NCBI GenBank assembly: GCA_963811165.1
Contig: CAWEQH010000004.1
Span: forward strand, 672,001 to 736,000
Direction of reading: 5' to 3'
Source: an uncultured Nitrospiraceae bacterium
GTDB lineage: Bacteria; Nitrospirota; Thermodesulfovibrionia; Thermodesulfovibrionales; UBA6898
Length of the DNA stretch: 64,000 nucleotides
In this document: positions 39,387-49,891 of the stretch, one piece after another
Position numbering within the stretch: position 1 is the first letter of the stretch
Layout of the letters: each line of letters opens with the position of its first letter
Made by a program: the position numbers and the translations under genes
The notes under the pieces: generated by a model
The model's input: the letters and a program-made list of their open reading frames with translations, nothing else
Databases searched by the model: none
What the model was told of the DNA's origin: nothing

Positions 39387-39937
39387 GTTTATAGCGTTCC
39401 TTAATCGTTGCAATTATTTGATTCGCCTCTGCCTCGTCAACACCTCCGCCGAATCTATACGTTCTGGCTCCATAATCAAACGCAATAGCTCCACCGCCGA
39501 CGCCCCAAAATTGAAGACTTGCTGAGAAGTTGAATGGATTAAACGGTTGTGGCGATACCCTGAGATTCGAAATGTGGATCATATCGTATTCTTTTTCTCT
39601 GCCGTAGCCAAAAAGTTCCCGCTTTATAGTCAGGTTTGAATTATTAATCGTGATTCTCTCCCTTCCAGCTATATTCCACAACCAGATATAAATTGCAATC
39701 GAGCCGCCTATTGTCCATAACACTAGCCATACGCCAGTAAAAATCACGGGGCCTTTATGCGCATTATCTTTAAAGAAAGTCATAGGAACTGTTATCTCAC
39801 CGAACGCCCAGCCGACAAGCCAGACAGAGAGAAACAAAATGAGAAATATATTTTTTTTTCGATGGAATCATAATTTCGAGCCCTTTCGGGCTTGAAGATA
39901 TGATTGAGCGTGCTTTACTTGGATTAATTTTTGTCAT
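39355..39937 (-). pseudogene. Membrane hypothetical protein (cassette gene) with a +1 frameshift in an A9 run and an IS inserted in its last codon
   Basis: AGGAGG and ATG at 39937 (MTKINPSKAR...). Removing one A at 39851-39859 joins it to ORF 39355..39837. Removing the IS restores ...ERYKL-TAA. Confidence 0.7.
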
Positions 39938-39945
39938 TATCCTCC

Positions 39946-40002
39946 TGACAACAATTAATATTCGGATTCGGTTTTTTCGTCCCCACGAGCATAATAATAG
40001 CA
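39946..40002 (-). promoter_or_regulatory. Putative cassette promoter plus attI-like site A
   Basis: Minus strand: TGCTATTAT (extended -10) ... CGAATATTAATT-GTTGTCA. Homologous to 49609-49665. Confidence 0.6.
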
Positions 40003-40468
40003 CAATCAAGGATTTGAGAAAAGACGGAAGTCATTGATAAATAATGAATCGGAGTTTTCTATATATTATGATATTAGGGCGCAATTACGGGATCGGTATA
40101 TCATAGGAACTTTGCCAAAAACAGTTCACCAATACCCGCTCCGCAATCCGCCATGTACTCTTCACTAACATATGTTTCAGAAGACTGAATGTTTTTTGGG
40201 GAAATTGTTGCCCTGCCGAAATAATGCCAGTGTGATGTTGTCGGTGTTAACCGCACCGATCACCAAAATGGCTCCTAGTTTCTTTTTGGTCAGTTATCGA
40301 TGAAGGATTCTTCCGGAAATTCACGCGGACGAAATTTGAACTCCATCATCTCCATAGTCTCCAGGTCCGCCGGCGCTACCGCTGGATTGGGCATGCTACG
40401 GGACGAACTCCTCAGTTATCGCGAATTGAAACTCGCGTTTAGTTCTGTGAGAAGTTCTTAAAAGTGAA

Positions 40469-41461
40469 TTAGCGACCGCCGCTGCTTTCCGCACATCTCA
40501 CGTCCGCCGCCAGGTGCTTTCCGTAATGATAATATCCGTGGGCGGGACAGCCGCCGGTACATGAATGCCTGTCGGCACAGGAATCTGCTGTGCACCTGTT
40601 TTGCCTGCAATGTCTGAACAGATCGAGTTTAGGGCTTGCCCATATCGTAAATAGGTCGTCTTCAAAGATATTGCCGAGATTGAACTCTTCGAAATGCTGA
40701 AAGAGGTTGCAGGGATATACGGACCCGTCGGGCATTACCGCCAGCTTGCGAACACCGCCTGCGCAGCGGACCCCCCAGGGGAGAGTTTCTTTTTCGAAAC
40801 AGGAGGCGGCGACTTTGAAAATCCCGATGTCCTGATTGTTCCGTTGAGTCTCTTCATAAAAGTCCCTGAAGGCGCTGTAGCTCAGCGCGGCATTTTTCAG
40901 GGTCGCATCACTCGTAATCAGGTCCATATGGATCAGATAATAACGTTTTACCCCCATGTCTCTAAGCAAGGTGACGATCTCCTGGATATCGGACATTGTC
41001 TCTTTGCTGACTACGGTCTTTACGATCGGGTCGAGGCCCGCTGAAACCAGTTGGCTTACACTTGTCAACGCGCGATAAAAATTATGCGAATGAGTCATCC
41101 TATTGTGAGTTGCTTCCGAACTGCCTTCCAGCGATACGCCGATAGTGAATTTTTCAGGGTCCAGGGCCGAAAACTTTTCAATCACCTCCACTGTGCTCCC
41201 GTTTGTACTGAGGTTTACAGACCTCCCGCCTTTTATCGCGATATCTATGAAGTCAGGCATCCAGTCGAGAAGGAGCGGTTCTCCCCCCATAATGTCGATT
41301 TCTCCGATGTCGTTACAAAGAAGGATGTCAAGAAGTGTGAGGGCGTTGTCGAACGACATGTCAGATACGTAAGTCGGCGGCGAATTGAAGCAGAACCTGC
41401 ATCTCTGGTTGCATCGGAGGGTGGGGTAGAGCTGGATGAACTGGGGCAAAGGAGAGGACAT
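40469..41461 (-). CDS. Radical SAM protein with SPASM domain
   Basis: CNQRCRFC, GGEP, C...G.VYPC and C-terminal C....C.....CTGGC. ATG at 41461. Confidence 0.9.
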   Translation of the reverse strand: MSSPLPQFIQLYPTLRCNQRCRFCFNSPPTYVSDMSFDNALTLLDILLCNDIGEIDIMGGEPLLLDWMPDFIDIAIKGGRSVNLSTNGSTVEVIEKFSALDPEKFTIGVSLEGSSEATHNRMTHSHNFYRALTSVSQLVSAGLDPIVKTVVSKETMSDIQEIVTLLRDMGVKRYYLIHMDLITSDATLKNAALSYSAFRDFYEETQRNNQDIGIFKVAASCFEKETLPWGVRCAGGVRKLAVMPDGSVYPCNLFQHFEEFNLGNIFEDDLFTIWASPKLDLFRHCRQNRCTADSCADRHSCTGGCPAHGYYHYGKHLAADVRCAESSGGR

Positions 41462-41465
41462 AGAC

Positions 41466-42041
41466 TTATATACAGGCGAGTGTCTTGCCTGCCTCGAAGG
41501 CGTCATGCAGGCCCGTCGGATGCTCACGGATCGCGCCTTTTGCGTCGACGCCCAGATAACTCAGCACCTTGTGGTCTGCGACGCTTATCGTCCTGAAGAA
41601 CGCCTTTGCGCACGCGTCTCCGCAGTCGACCCCCACGTCCTTTTTCATTCCCCCTACGAGGATCAAAAGTCCCTTGCGGCCGGATTCACCGGTTGGTATC
41701 GGTTTCTTCAATAAGTATTTTTCGCACCAGAAGCTCTGACAACGGTCGATCATAGTTTTTGATTGCGCGGAGAGGCCGAAGAAGAAGATCGGAGAGGCAA
41801 GGATGATCCTCTCGGCAGTCCTGATTTCGCGCGATATGTTTGACATGTCATCGTCGATGACGCATTCGCCCGTATTTTCGCAGCCGCCACAGTCCTGGCA
41901 GGGCCTGATATTCATCAGGTTGAGGTTGAAGACGGCCACGTCACTGCCGGAAGTCACCTTTACCCCCCTGATCGCTTCTTTAAGAAGCAGCTCCGTGTTT
42001 CCGTCCTTCCGGGGGCTACCCAGAAATGCAATCGTTTTCAT
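41466..42041 (-). CDS. Flavodoxin-fold iron-sulfur flavoprotein (Isf / FMN reductase family)
   Basis: GSPRKDGNT, CQDCGGC.....C, ASPIFF, K..IDR. Confidence 0.88.
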   Translation of the reverse strand: MKTIAFLGSPRKDGNTELLLKEAIRGVKVTSGSDVAVFNLNLMNIRPCQDCGGCENTGECVIDDDMSNISREIRTAERIILASPIFFFGLSAQSKTMIDRCQSFWCEKYLLKKPIPTGESGRKGLLILVGGMKKDVGVDCGDACAKAFFRTISVADHKVLSYLGVDAKGAIREHPTGLHDAFEAGKTLACI

Positions 42042-42328
42042 ATAAGAATATTATAACAGTATGAAGGACTGCCGTCGATTTCTTGCAGGGAAATAGGACT
42101 GAAGATGGTCGGTGCATGCCTGGGATTGCATTAAGGGGTGGGGAACCGAAGTTCTCTATTGACTTGCTATATCTCATGCGGTTGATATACTTCTCTTAGA
42201 AGAAAGGGAGATTTTTTAAACCGGTAGACGGGGGGCAAAATGATGTCGACGGGAATCTTAAGGAGAAACAAAAAGAATACTGTTGCAGCAATTCTTATCA
42301 TGGCAGTGTTCTATAACAAGGGATAGGC

Positions 42329-44326
42329 ATGCCAAGGGATATACCGATAGGAAACGGCTCCCTGCTGATTCTGTACGATAAGAAAGGGCTTTTGCGGGAC
42401 CTCTATTTCCCGAGCGTGGGCAGCGAAAACCACGCCCAGGGTCACGTCTTCAGGGTCGGCGCATGGGTGAACGGGGTATTTGGCTGGATTGACGGTGACG
42501 GATGGGAGCGCTCACTCGACTATGAAGATGACACCCTCGTCGCAAGAATCGAACTTGTAAATAAAACCCTCGGGGTAGAAATTCTCATGCGGGATGTCGT
42601 CGACTTTCACGAAAACCTCTACGTCAGGGAAATCACGGCAAGGAATCTCACGACGGAGTTCGTAGAGTTCCGGCTCTTCTTCCACCATGATTTTCATATA
42701 TATGGGTCCGAGATCGGCGATACCGTGTGTTACAAGCCGGAGGAGAAGGCCCTCCTCCACTACAAGGGGCGGAGGTATTTTCTGGTAAACGCCTTGACTG
42801 AAGAGGGCATCGGCCTTGCTCAGTTCGCCACGGGAGTAAAGGAGACAAAAGGGCTGGAAGGTACCTGGGTCGACGCGGAAGACGGCGCCCTTTCAGGGAA
42901 TCCCGTTGCGCAGGGGTCCGTAGATTCGATCTGTGCTGTGCATGCATCGATCCCTCCCGGCAAGAAGGCGCACGCATATTACTGGATGGCTGCGTGCGTT
43001 GACTGGAAAGGCGTCAAAAGGCTGAACGATCTCGTCGTTAAGAGGACACCGGGGTACTTCATCAAGAGGACAGCTGATTATTGGAAGTTGTGGCTCGACA
43101 GGGAGAACATGAAATTCGGTGATCTCCCGGATGCCGTCGGAAGACTATATACGCGAAGCCTCCTCATCCTAAGGACCCACATAAACAACAATGGCTCGGT
43201 CATAGCCGCAAACGATTCGGACATCCTCCACTTTTCGAGAGACACCTATACGTATATGTGGCCAAGGGACGGCGCCCTCGTCGCGTATGCCCTCGACCTT
43301 GCCGGCTATCCGATCCCTGCGCGAAGGTTCTTCGAATTCTGCGGGGAGGTAATAGGGAGAAACGGGTTCTTCTTGCACAAATACAACGCGGATGGATCTC
43401 TCGCCAGTTCATGGCATCCCTGGGTCCTCGAGGGAAAACCCCATCTGCCGATCCAGGAGGATGAAACCGGGCTCGTCGTTTGGGCTCTCTGGGAGCATTA
43501 CAGTGTGTACCGGGATGTTGAGTTCATAAAGCCTCTGTACAGAAAGGTCATCAAGGCCGCAGCGGACTTCATGTGTGAGTTCGTAGACCAGAGGACCGGT
43601 CTCCCCCTTCCGTCATACGACCTATGGGAAGAGCAGTTGGGGATTCATTCCTTTACGGTCTCCGCCGTTATCGCGGGGCTGAGAGCCGCAAGCCATTTCA
43701 CTTCGGCCTTCGGCGAGACAGAACTGTCCCAGAAATACGAAAAAGCGGCCGGCGGGATGAGGGACGCGCTGAAAGAATATCTCTATAGCGATGAGGCTGG
43801 GCGATTTCTGGGCTCGGTTTCTGAACGTTTCGGGATACTCAAGAATGATTTCAGACTCGATGCAAGTCTCTCCGGCCTCTTCGCCTTCGGTGTCTTTCCC
43901 GCAGCTGATGACAAGATTCAGCGTACTATGGACGCCCTGAAAGATAAGCTATGGTGCAAGACCGCAATAGGCGGCATGGCAAGATACGAAAACGATCGCT
44001 ATCAAAGCGTAGTTGAACCGAACGAGGATATCCCTGGCAATCCCTGGGTCATTTGCACGCTCTGGCATGCCCAGTATCTGATAGAGAAGGCACAAAACAA
44101 GGAGGAGTTGAAGGAATGCCTTCCGATACTGAACTGGGTCGCGCAAATAGCTCTTCGGTCGGGGGTGCTTGCAGAACAGGTAAACCCCTTTACCGGTGAA
44201 CCCGTTTCGGTTTCTCCCCTCACCTGGAGCCACGCGACCTTTATTATTGCGGTGCAGCGATATCTGAGGAAGTTTCAGGAGATGGAGACATGCCCTTACT
44301 GCAAGCAGCCTGTTTTTAAGATGTAG
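42329..44326 (+). CDS. Glycoside hydrolase family 15 (glucoamylase-like)
   Basis: Y.YMWPRDG, IQEDETG, SYDLWEE, LAEQV...SVSPLTWSHA. Confidence 0.9.
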   Translation: MPRDIPIGNGSLLILYDKKGLLRDLYFPSVGSENHAQGHVFRVGAWVNGVFGWIDGDGWERSLDYEDDTLVARIELVNKTLGVEILMRDVVDFHENLYVREITARNLTTEFVEFRLFFHHDFHIYGSEIGDTVCYKPEEKALLHYKGRRYFLVNALTEEGIGLAQFATGVKETKGLEGTWVDAEDGALSGNPVAQGSVDSICAVHASIPPGKKAHAYYWMAACVDWKGVKRLNDLVVKRTPGYFIKRTADYWKLWLDRENMKFGDLPDAVGRLYTRSLLILRTHINNNGSVIAANDSDILHFSRDTYTYMWPRDGALVAYALDLAGYPIPARRFFEFCGEVIGRNGFFLHKYNADGSLASSWHPWVLEGKPHLPIQEDETGLVVWALWEHYSVYRDVEFIKPLYRKVIKAAADFMCEFVDQRTGLPLPSYDLWEEQLGIHSFTVSAVIAGLRAASHFTSAFGETELSQKYEKAAGGMRDALKEYLYSDEAGRFLGSVSERFGILKNDFRLDASLSGLFAFGVFPAADDKIQRTMDALKDKLWCKTAIGGMARYENDRYQSVVEPNEDIPGNPWVICTLWHAQYLIEKAQNKEELKECLPILNWVAQIALRSGVLAEQVNPFTGEPVSVSPLTWSHATFIIAVQRYLRKFQEMETCPYCKQPVFKM

Positions 44327-44511
44327 CGGCTTCATAATCAAGAAAAAAGGAATTGAAAGTTACCGTTCCTGCCGCAAGGAACGAGATGCATAAAAAAATC
44401 GCTTCATTATGTGAGGTCCCCCTCTTTTCTGAAAAATCAGCAATGATTATCGCAGCATCAAGAAAAAAAAGTGAATCTGCGGGCATCGTTCATTCGAAGG
44501 CGCGTTTAAAA

Positions 44512-46053
44512 TTACTTCTGATTTTTATCGAGCGATTTAATCTCGTACTTCATATCTATCGCGTCTTTCATCTGTCTGAGGTTGTCCGAAAGCTCCCACC
44601 ACCCCAGCTTAAACGACGTGTAATCAGGCGCACCGGTCATCGCCGAGGAGTAGCGTATCGTATTGGCATAAAAGAGCCACTGTCTCACCCACATCTTCTC
44701 TATCGGTTCGTCAAAAGGATTTGTTTTGTCGGCGACCCCCTTGTCCCATGCCTCTGTCATCAATATCGTCGAGGTGCGGACCATCTCGTCCGTTTCCCTG
44801 ATGGTGGCGGCGAGCTTCCTGAAATGGCCGTTTGTCCAGTCGGTGGTATGGCAGGCGAAACATATGGATTTTATCCGGTCCAGCCTTTTCTCCTGCTCTG
44901 CCGTGTCTATGAGGTATCCCGAAGCAGGCTCGCCCGTAAACGTTGTCGGCAGCGGAAGCCCGTCTTTGTTTCTGATGATCGACGTATCTCCGGACTTAGG
45001 CTGGGCATGGCTGTAGATCAGACCGAAGAGTCGCACCCATAATCTCGATCCGAAATCGTGAGACCTTTCGGCGACCACCTCGCCGTCGGGTTTTGCTATC
45101 AGGCTGTTATGACAGACCGAGCAGGTCGGGGTCTTGAAATCTTTCCCGACTACCCAGGGTACCGGATCGAAGTCCCACTCGTGATTTTTCGAATGGAAGA
45201 TATTGCCGTGCTTGCTCTCTTCGTAGACGTTCCAGGCGGGGACATCCGGCTCGTGGTGGCACTGGCCGCATGTATAAGGTTTCCTAGCCACCTCTATCGA
45301 AAATGCGTGCCTCGGATGACACGCGGTGCATGCGCCCTGCGTACCGTCGGGGTTTTCCCTGCCCACGCCCTGGTTCGGCCAGTTCGTAAGGTCAGGCACC
45401 GAGATCTCTCCCATCTTTGTGAGCACCTTTTTCATGCCCTTAAATTCAACTGTTGTCCCGTGGCAGCCGAGACAGGTTTCATGAAGGGTACTTTCGGAAG
45501 GCTTCGCTGATATGAGTTTTCTGTTTTCGAGTTTCTGCACCCCGGTCGAGGCATCTACGAGAGTATGATAGACGGGGTTACTCAAGAGGTTTTTCACTGC
45601 GTTTGCCTTCTTGCTCGGGGCATACTGGCCGACCTCCAAAGGATGGCAGGTGTTGCAGTCGCCGGGCGAGACCACTACATTAATCCTAAATCCCATATGC
45701 TCGAAGTTGTCTTTATGGTTTTGGGGGTTTCTGCTATGGCACTCAAAACAGCCCACGACATACCCTGACACTTCGCCTGGCACGCTTTCCGCCGATATCC
45801 TTCTCTGAAGCAAGGGCTTTTTCATTGCTTCAGAAGGTACTGTCCTTGAATGCCTTGAAGAACGCCAGTCCTCGACTATCCCCGGGGTGAACATATTGTG
45901 GCAGCCGATGCATGCCTGTGTCTGAGGACTCAGTTTTAGCTCCGCAGTCTCTTTTTCCTTTTCGTGTTTTTTTTCATCGGCGAACAGGACAGGGGTGAAG
46001 GACAAAGAAAGGATTACGGTCAAACATACGGAGAATTTCAGGACAGGTTTCAT
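44512..46053 (-). CDS. Octaheme cytochrome c, hydroxylamine oxidoreductase (HAO)-like family
   Basis: Signal peptide, eight CxxCH motifs, CTACHPRH.FS...ARKP.TCGQCH...YEESKHG. Confidence 0.85.
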   Translation of the reverse strand: MKPVLKFSVCLTVILSLSFTPVLFADEKKHEKEKETAELKLSPQTQACIGCHNMFTPGIVEDWRSSRHSRTVPSEAMKKPLLQRRISAESVPGEVSGYVVGCFECHSRNPQNHKDNFEHMGFRINVVVSPGDCNTCHPLEVGQYAPSKKANAVKNLLSNPVYHTLVDASTGVQKLENRKLISAKPSESTLHETCLGCHGTTVEFKGMKKVLTKMGEISVPDLTNWPNQGVGRENPDGTQGACTACHPRHAFSIEVARKPYTCGQCHHEPDVPAWNVYEESKHGNIFHSKNHEWDFDPVPWVVGKDFKTPTCSVCHNSLIAKPDGEVVAERSHDFGSRLWVRLFGLIYSHAQPKSGDTSIIRNKDGLPLPTTFTGEPASGYLIDTAEQEKRLDRIKSICFACHTTDWTNGHFRKLAATIRETDEMVRTSTILMTEAWDKGVADKTNPFDEPIEKMWVRQWLFYANTIRYSSAMTGAPDYTSFKLGWWELSDNLRQMKDAIDMKYEIKSLDKNQK

Positions 46054-46080
46054 CGTTCCATCCTTAATAGGGTTTATACA

Positions 46081-47310
46081 TCAAACCCCTGCATTTGTAA
46101 ACTGCTCGTGGTACTCCCTCACCTTCCTGGCAAACTCCTTTCCAAATTCGTAGCACTTCCGATCGTCTTCCGGAGCTGGTCTGTAGAGCGCCTCGACCCC
46201 GGGCTCGACAGTCTTAAGCTTCATCGCCTTTAGCCATTCATAGGCCTCTTTCACCGCTCCCCCTGCCCATCCGTAGCTTCCGAAGGCGCCGGCGATCCTG
46301 TCTTTCGGCCTGAGGCCCGTAACGTGCTGGAGGAACTCGGCCACTGAAGGGAACATCTTATTGTTCAGCGTAGGAGTTCCTATCAATGTCCCCCTGGCCT
46401 TCCAGAACTCCTTGATCGCAATGGACATGGGCGTGGCCCTAAGCTTGATGACCTTGCAGTCCACCCCCTCTTCCTTTATGCCGCGCATGATGGGCAGCGT
46501 CATCATCTCTGTGCTGTGCCACATCGTATCGTAGATTATTGCCACGCTGAGGTTCGCCTTGCCCGTGGCCATGTCCATATACATCTTGAGGACCTTGCCC
46601 GGGTCTCCTCTCCAGATGATGCCGTGATCGGGCGCGATCATCTCTATTTCGAGCCCGAGTTTCTGTATCTCGGCGACCTTGTTTTTGATGATGGCGCCGA
46701 ACGGCATCAAAATATTTGCGTAATAGTCGATGACCGAGTCTTCGAGCTCAGAGACAGAGGCGCATTCGATGAACTCGTCGTCGAACCTGGCAGCGGTTGC
46801 AAGGTGCTGTCCGAAGCCGTCCTGGCTGATGAGGAGCCTGTCTTCCCTGACATAGGTCATCATCGAATCAGGCCAGTGGAGCATCGGCGTTTCGATGAAG
46901 AGCAGGTTTCGTCTGCCGATATTGAGCGTGTCGCCGGTCTTTACGGTCTTGATATTCCATGAAGAGATGTCGAAGAACCGCGCAAGCCCCTTCTTGCCCT
47001 TTTCCGTGATATAGATAGTTGCGTTTGGCGCAAAGGCCATGATCCTGTCCAGACTGGTCGCATGGTCGTTTTCGATGTGGTTGACGATCACGTATTCTAT
47101 CTTCGATGGGTGCACGATCTCGGTTACGTTGTCCAGCATGATCTCGCTGAAGTCGTGTTTTACCGTATCTAAGAGGGTAATCTTTTCGTCCATGATGAGG
47201 TAATTGTTGTAGGTCGTGCCGTTGGGGGTCATGTAGCCGTGAAAGTCTCTGACCGCCCAGTCTATAGCACCTACCCAGTAAATGTCCGGCTTTATAAGTG
47301 TTGCGTTCAT
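46081..47310 (-). CDS. fprA: Flavodiiron protein (FprA, NO/O2 reductase)
   Basis: GTTYN, NHIENDH, HWPD, QDGFG.H, PDHG, C-terminal flavodoxin (FGSYGW.G). Confidence 0.92.
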   Translation of the reverse strand: MNATLIKPDIYWVGAIDWAVRDFHGYMTPNGTTYNNYLIMDEKITLLDTVKHDFSEIMLDNVTEIVHPSKIEYVIVNHIENDHATSLDRIMAFAPNATIYITEKGKKGLARFFDISSWNIKTVKTGDTLNIGRRNLLFIETPMLHWPDSMMTYVREDRLLISQDGFGQHLATAARFDDEFIECASVSELEDSVIDYYANILMPFGAIIKNKVAEIQKLGLEIEMIAPDHGIIWRGDPGKVLKMYMDMATGKANLSVAIIYDTMWHSTEMMTLPIMRGIKEEGVDCKVIKLRATPMSIAIKEFWKARGTLIGTPTLNNKMFPSVAEFLQHVTGLRPKDRIAGAFGSYGWAGGAVKEAYEWLKAMKLKTVEPGVEALYRPAPEDDRKCYEFGKEFARKVREYHEQFTNAGV

Positions 47311-47421
47311 TGCGCCTCCTAATTTCTGTAATGGTATATCGTGATGAACTCGGCTTTCATAAAAATTATAGCAAAAGAGAAAGAGCTAAGCTATTCAACG
47401 GAAATTTGATGACCTGGTCTT

Positions 47422-48099
47422 CTACCAAATGAATGGTATAAGGCGATGTCGGACCTTCTTCTGGTATTCCGTATATCCAGACAGATTGATTGCGAGTAAG
47501 CTCTCTTCGTCATAGAGCCGCCATATCAGAAATGGTATCATGGCCAGGAGAGGGAGGAGGCCCCAAAACGAGCCCAGGGCTAGGGGTGTGCCGACCAGGT
47601 ACAGTAATGCACTTGCATACATCGGGTGGCGCACAATGGCATACGGCCCGGTAGAAATGACCTTCTGATCCTCGGCGACTTCTATGGTCGCTGAAGTGAA
47701 GGGGTTCTCTTTGTAGACCAGGAAAATGAAATAGAACCCTATTACAACGAGAACGTCCCCGGCTGAAACATAGGAGAGCGGCATTGCAGACCACCGGAAG
47801 CGGTGGTCGAGCGCAGGGACGACGAGAAGCGCAATGAAGCCGATTGAGGTACAGAGCATAATGAGTTTCTGTTTCCTTCGCTTTTCAGCAGTTGGCCCGC
47901 CGCGCATGCGACGCTTGAGAAGCGCCGGATCATTTTTCATAAGATAGAGCGTGGTAAGGAGTGATGCCCCCATAAAGATCGATAGGTACACCCATGCCTG
48001 CCAGTAGCGGATGGTCCCGGCTGGAATGAACAGCAGAAGGCCCATTACGACTGCGAGGAAGACGAGGCTGAGCCACGCCTGTGCATTGAGGTTGAGCAT
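47422..48099 (-). CDS. Isoprenylcysteine carboxyl methyltransferase / PEMT family membrane protein
   Basis: Q.VISTGPYAIVRHPMY and EE..L...GY.EY..KV..RLIP. Confidence 0.88.
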   Translation of the reverse strand: MLNLNAQAWLSLVFLAVVMGLLLFIPAGTIRYWQAWVYLSIFMGASLLTTLYLMKNDPALLKRRMRGGPTAEKRRKQKLIMLCTSIGFIALLVVPALDHRFRWSAMPLSYVSAGDVLVVIGFYFIFLVYKENPFTSATIEVAEDQKVISTGPYAIVRHPMYASALLYLVGTPLALGSFWGLLPLLAMIPFLIWRLYDEESLLAINLSGYTEYQKKVRHRLIPFIW

Positions 48100-48347
48100 A
48101 GTCCTATCTTACCACGGGCAGGATCATCGCACTGAAGAAGCAGCCACGGTCAAAGAGATGAGCGAAAAAGGCCGCACTGGGTAGCCCGGCATGTTCCCCT
48201 CAACTCAGCGGAAGATATTGACGGTTGCACCGACTAAGCCGCAAAATCAATCAAGGATCGAGACTGAAGATTATCGGAAGTAATAAGCGCATAATGACCA
48301 GCATGAGGGGCGCGGTGTAAGGCAAAAGTCAAAACGAAAAGCGGCTA

Positions 48348-48846
<499 letters not shown>

Positions 48847-48879
48847 TTATTTTATCATTATTTGTAATATTATTTTGTG

Positions 48880-48972
48880 GTTTAACGCCGACATAACCCG
48901 CGCGGGCCGTAAGGACAAAACTGAAAACCAATCGGCGCTAATCCCGCGTCGGTGTTGATGTTCTTGTTGTGC
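48880..48972 (-). mobile_element. Integron attC site (93 bp)
   Basis: Minus strand: GCACAAC-aagaACATcAACaCCGaCGCGGG...CCCGCGcGGGTTATGT-cggc-GTTAAAC. The inverse core is exactly complementary to core GTTGTGC at 49609-49615. Confidence 0.8.
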
Positions 48973-48985
48973 ATTTTTATTTGCT

Positions 48986-49579
48986 TTAAAATGGCTTCTT
49001 TGCGCCGGGCATGTCGCTGGCAAGATGAAAGCTTGATACAAAGCCTCGGCTAATCGTGAAGTAGAGTACTAGATTCTTTACTTTTACCTCTTTTCTCTCC
49101 GATTTTGCCCTGTAAGTTAAAATCTTATCTCCGCCTTTAATTATCTTTGAACTGTCCGGCTGACCATATAAACGAATAACGTTTTCTTCCTTGTCTCCCA
49201 ATTTCACTCCGCGTGGTGTTACTGCCGGAATAGAATAATCCGGCAAACTGCCAGTAGAATCACGACACACTGATTCTTGCCCTTTCCGCACCCAAATATT
49301 TGTAATGTAGCCTTTAGACCATGGCTCCTCTGTAAATGAAAAAACCTCCAATTGTTTTTGATTGCATGCCTCATAAAGAACTTCACCTGCGAAAAGCTGA
49401 TTCCTATAAATTTTAGGATATTTATTTTTTAGCTCATCAACTTTACTTCCGAGTTTCACTCCCGCCATGGTGTCTTCAATGTCACCATTTTTTATATCAG
49501 TTGCACAGATTTGAGAGGGAATTATAAGGAGGGCGGCGCAAAAAATAATGATAATGGTGCGCGAAAATAGTTTGTTCAT
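48986..49579 (-). CDS. Secreted hypothetical protein, integron cassette gene
   Basis: Signal peptide, AT-rich, two GVKLG repeats, bounded by GTTGTGC and an attC. Confidence 0.75.
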   Translation of the reverse strand: MNKLFSRTIIIIFCAALLIIPSQICATDIKNGDIEDTMAGVKLGSKVDELKNKYPKIYRNQLFAGEVLYEACNQKQLEVFSFTEEPWSKGYITNIWVRKGQESVCRDSTGSLPDYSIPAVTPRGVKLGDKEENVIRLYGQPDSSKIIKGGDKILTYRAKSERKEVKVKNLVLYFTISRGFVSSFHLASDMPGAKKPF

Positions 49580-49608
49580 TTTATGTCCTTTATTAGTTTA
49601 ATTTGCCT

Positions 49609-49665
49609 GCACAACAATTAATATACGACCTTCCGGTTTTGTGATCCCACGGCCTAAATATACCA
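49609..49665 (-). promoter_or_regulatory. Putative cassette promoter plus attI-like site B
   Basis: Minus strand: TGGTATATT (extended -10) ... CGTATATTAATT-GTTGTGC. Same spacing as site A. Confidence 0.6.
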
Positions 49666-49891
49666 TACCGCCAAAAAGGATGGAAGAGGAAAATGTCGAA
49701 TTATCGATAGGAACGATCGTTTGCAAGGTCGTATTTGTCGGTAATAAGGACTTATTACGAATAGGCGTAATATGTCGGACTATATTATCAATTGATTTCC
49801 GGGAATAACAAACAGCATCTGCGCAAGGCGGTCGAGTGCGGAATCCAAGGAAGGATTTCTTCGTGAATGTTTCGGGTCAAACCAGGAGGGG

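Noticed and set aside
40177..40266. Second mini-ORF downstream of the radical SAM gene
   Set aside because: Only 29 codons with a TTG/GTG start and no informative features.
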